A stretch of 20,000 nt of DNA from the NCBI GenBank assembly GCA_001724265.1, contig MEDY01000093.1, positions 61,984-81,983 of the forward strand. Reading direction: 5' to 3'. Shown here in pieces: positions 17,323 to 20,000 of the stretch (within the stretch, counting starts at the first letter, position 1; every line of letters starts with the position of its first letter). This DNA comes from Rhizaria sp. SCN 62-66 (taxonomy: Eukaryota). Both the position numbers and the translations under genes were made by a program. Under the pieces are notes generated by a model that saw only the letters and a list, made by a program, of their open reading frames with translations, did not search any database and was not told the DNA's origin.

Positions 17323-19416
17323 ATGCCGCGCGCCCGCTACGTGGCTCCCACGCCGCGCTCGGCGCTGCAGCTCACCCCCGATGAGCTCGCCCGTCTCCAC
17401 TCGGCGTTCAAAACCTCCGTGGCCAAAATCGTCTCATCAAAGCGCATGTGGGCTCAGCTGTGGACCGAGCTCGATAAGGCGGAAGAAACCGACATCCGCT
17501 CCAAGTTCGAGCTCAAGCGCGACATCCTCCAGGCCGTGGGCGCGCTTAAGGCCTCGGGGCTGCCCGCCGCGGCGCCCTCACCCGCGCCCGCCGGCGTGGG
17601 CTGCTCTGGCGCGACTCTGGACGGCGACGGACGCCTCGTCGCACTTACAGACGACATGGCGCGCCGCCGCCGCTCGTTCGCGCGCAAGACGGTCGACGCC
17701 AACGTCTGCGACTTGGACATCTACAACGACATCCCGGGCGTCGGGCTCCACTTCCTCTGGGATTTGACCCACTCGCAGCACACGGCGCGCCAGCGCATCA
17801 AGGTCCACCCGACCCACGGCCGCAATACGCAAGACTTCGAGATCGCGCGTTTGCCGCCGCTTACCGACACAGAGCCGCTAACGCTCGAGTGGGTCGAGCT
17901 CATGATCTCGGAGTTCAAGCAAGAGCGCGTGCTCGCGTACAACGACGCGTTCCAGATCGTGCGCCGCGCCGCCGCGACCTTCATCCGTGAGCCCAACGTT
18001 GTGCCCGTCAAGGTCCCGCGTGGCCAGTCCATCGCCGTCGTCGGCGATCTTCACGGACAGCTTGACGACCTGCTGATGATCTTCCGCGAGGCCGGGAAGC
18101 CGTCCGAGGGCAACCGCGTGCTCTTCAACGGTGATTTCGTCGACCGCGGTGCCTACTCGTGCGAGATCGTCCTCACGCTTTTCGCCTACCGCGCTCTGTA
18201 CCCGCATTTCCTGTTCCTTAACCGCGGCAACCACGAGTGCGCCGACATGAACTCTGTAGACGGTTTCCAGCGCGAATGCGAGGCCAAGTACGACACGGCG
18301 TTGTACACACTCTTCAACCACGTCTTCGCCGCGCTGCCCATCGCGCATCTCGTCTCGGTCGGCCAACAGCGCGTGTTTGTGGTCCACGCCGGTCTGTCGT
18401 TTAAGGACGTGACGATCGCGGACGTCAACGCGGAGAACCGGTACCAGCTCGTCTTCCCGATGAACTCGATCCTGCAAGACCTGCTCTGGTCCGACCCCTA
18501 CGACGGCATGGGACGCGTCGTCTCCAAACGCGGCGCCGGGTGCCAGTTCGGCGCCGACGTCGCCGCACGCTTCCTCGTCAAGAACAACATCCATCTCATC
18601 ATCCGCTCACACGAGTGCGAGGACAACGGCTTTGCACTGTGGTTTGAGAACAGGCTGTACACGATCTTTTCAGCCTCGGACTATTGCGGTGACTCGAACA
18701 ACTACGGCGCCTTTTGCGTGCTGTCCGACGCCCCAGCGCCGCAGATCCGCGTCTACATGGCGCGCAAGCAAGTGCTGCACTACGCCGACCGCATGCAGCG
18801 GCAGCGCCAGAGCATCATCTCACGCCTGCTCGTCCGCATCGTCGGCAAAATCGATGACATCGAACGCCGTCTGCTCGCGCTGGCCGAGAAGCGCGGCACA
18901 CCTGGCCGCGTGCCCCGCGCCGTGTGGTCGCACGTGCTGCAGGTTGAGCTCGCGATTGACGCGCCCTTCTCGCTCATCGCCACCCGACTGGGCGTGCCCG
19001 CGGCGTGCGTCGCGCGGTTCAGCACGCTGCTCGACGTGCGCCAGTGGGTCTCCCGCTTCCGCCCGCGCCTGCCCACGTCACCCGGCGGGCTGGCTGGGCT
19101 CAGCAAGGCGGATGATCTGCGTCGGCACCTCTCCGCGCTGTTGTTCGACCCCGCTTCGCCGTTCCGCGAGGGGCTCGAGGCGCTGTTCCTGCACTTCGAC
19201 GTGAACCGTGACGGGTCGATCACACCTGAGGAGTTCAAGGCGGGCGTGTCGGGCCTCATGAGTTACCTTGGCAAGCAGTATGATGAGGCCGCGATGGACG
19301 CGCTCGTGCTCGCGGTTGATGCTAACGAGGACGGTGAGATTGACTATAATGAGTTCTTCTCGGCGTTTGCGTACGGTGACGTCGATGTCGAGCGTGAGGT
19401 TCAGGTTGACACCTAA
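17323..19416 (+). CDS. PPP-family Ser/Thr phosphatase with C-terminal EF-hands (PPEF/rdgC-like), 697 aa
   Basis: PPP motifs GDLHG, GDFVDRG, LNRGNHE, HAG, DLLWSDP, RGAG, IRSHE, TIFSASDYCG, plus two canonical EF-hand loops (DVNRDGSITPEE, DANEDGEIDYNE). The start codon is less certain. Confidence 0.88.
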   Translation: MPRARYVAPTPRSALQLTPDELARLHSAFKTSVAKIVSSKRMWAQLWTELDKAEETDIRSKFELKRDILQAVGALKASGLPAAAPSPAPAGVGCSGATLDGDGRLVALTDDMARRRRSFARKTVDANVCDLDIYNDIPGVGLHFLWDLTHSQHTARQRIKVHPTHGRNTQDFEIARLPPLTDTEPLTLEWVELMISEFKQERVLAYNDAFQIVRRAAATFIREPNVVPVKVPRGQSIAVVGDLHGQLDDLLMIFREAGKPSEGNRVLFNGDFVDRGAYSCEIVLTLFAYRALYPHFLFLNRGNHECADMNSVDGFQRECEAKYDTALYTLFNHVFAALPIAHLVSVGQQRVFVVHAGLSFKDVTIADVNAENRYQLVFPMNSILQDLLWSDPYDGMGRVVSKRGAGCQFGADVAARFLVKNNIHLIIRSHECEDNGFALWFENRLYTIFSASDYCGDSNNYGAFCVLSDAPAPQIRVYMARKQVLHYADRMQRQRQSIISRLLVRIVGKIDDIERRLLALAEKRGTPGRVPRAVWSHVLQVELAIDAPFSLIATRLGVPAACVARFSTLLDVRQWVSRFRPRLPTSPGGLAGLSKADDLRRHLSALLFDPASPFREGLEALFLHFDVNRDGSITPEEFKAGVSGLMSYLGKQYDEAAMDALVLAVDANEDGEIDYNEFFSAFAYGDVDVEREVQVDT

Positions 19417-19921
19417 CTCAGCAAGCGAGAAAAGAAAAAAAGTGATTATTTAAGCACAAGAAAAGTGCTCGCTCGCTCACTAAGAACACTGCAGCGCTGC
19501 TTTATGAAGTTCATAACTACTACAACGATTACCCTGATTTGACCTCCCCGTCTGCCCCCCCTCCCATTTCGCCATGTCTGTCTGACTCCGCCGCCTCGTC
19601 TCACTGACTCGACCTCGTGACTTCTCTCGTGAACGCATCTTTTCTGAAGCAAGTTCCCTCTGTCACTAATTCACCACACACTCACACACCCACACACATT
19701 CACAGGCCGCACCTCTGAACCCGTGCGGCCCACTGCCCCCCCTGCTGTGCTCCTTGACCACCGTGCTGTCTGTTGCTAACCGATAACTTCACATCTGCAT
19801 CTCAAACACACGGTGTCCGCACCTGTACCGCCGTATGATACGCGCTTATACTGCTTATCGCATGTCGCGACGCCCACCTTTGTCTGTCTTCCGTCTTCGT
19901 CTTTGTTTCTGTCCCTGTCTC

Positions 19922-19922
<1 letters not shown>

Positions 19923-20000
<78 letters not shown>
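19923..20000. repeat. (CTGT)n tetranucleotide microsatellite running off the window end
   Basis: Perfect ctgt repeats from 19923 to the end, with degenerate copies just upstream. Confidence 0.97.

Overview
GC-rich, gene-dense genomic DNA from a eukaryote, probably a protist; the organism cannot be identified from the sequence alone. Introns are short spliceosomal GT-AG introns with donor consensus GTAYGY. Seven housekeeping-type genes are present: a family II (DHH/PpaC-type) inorganic pyrophosphatase (+), eIF3h (-, 3 coding exons), mitochondrial uL29m/MRPL47 (+, 2 exons), a 1934-aa DHX57/DHX29/DHX36-type DEAH helicase (+), FIP1 (-, 2 exons), GPN2 (-, 2 exons) and a PPEF/rdgC-type EF-hand phosphatase (+). 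A (CTGT)n microsatellite closes the window. The standout is the 1067-nt second intron of eIF3h (4474->3408). It holds four essentially identical 79-nt box C/D snoRNAs resembling U31/snR67, which guide LSU rRNA P-loop Gm, separated by unrelated spacers. Each spacer contains one juxtaposed acceptor-donor TTTAG|GTAYGY with no exon in between. The intron therefore reads as four back-to-back introns with zero-length exons (recursive-splicing ratchet points), one snoRNA per sub-intron. This suggests snoRNA amplification by whole-intron tandem duplication, with release by recursive splicing.
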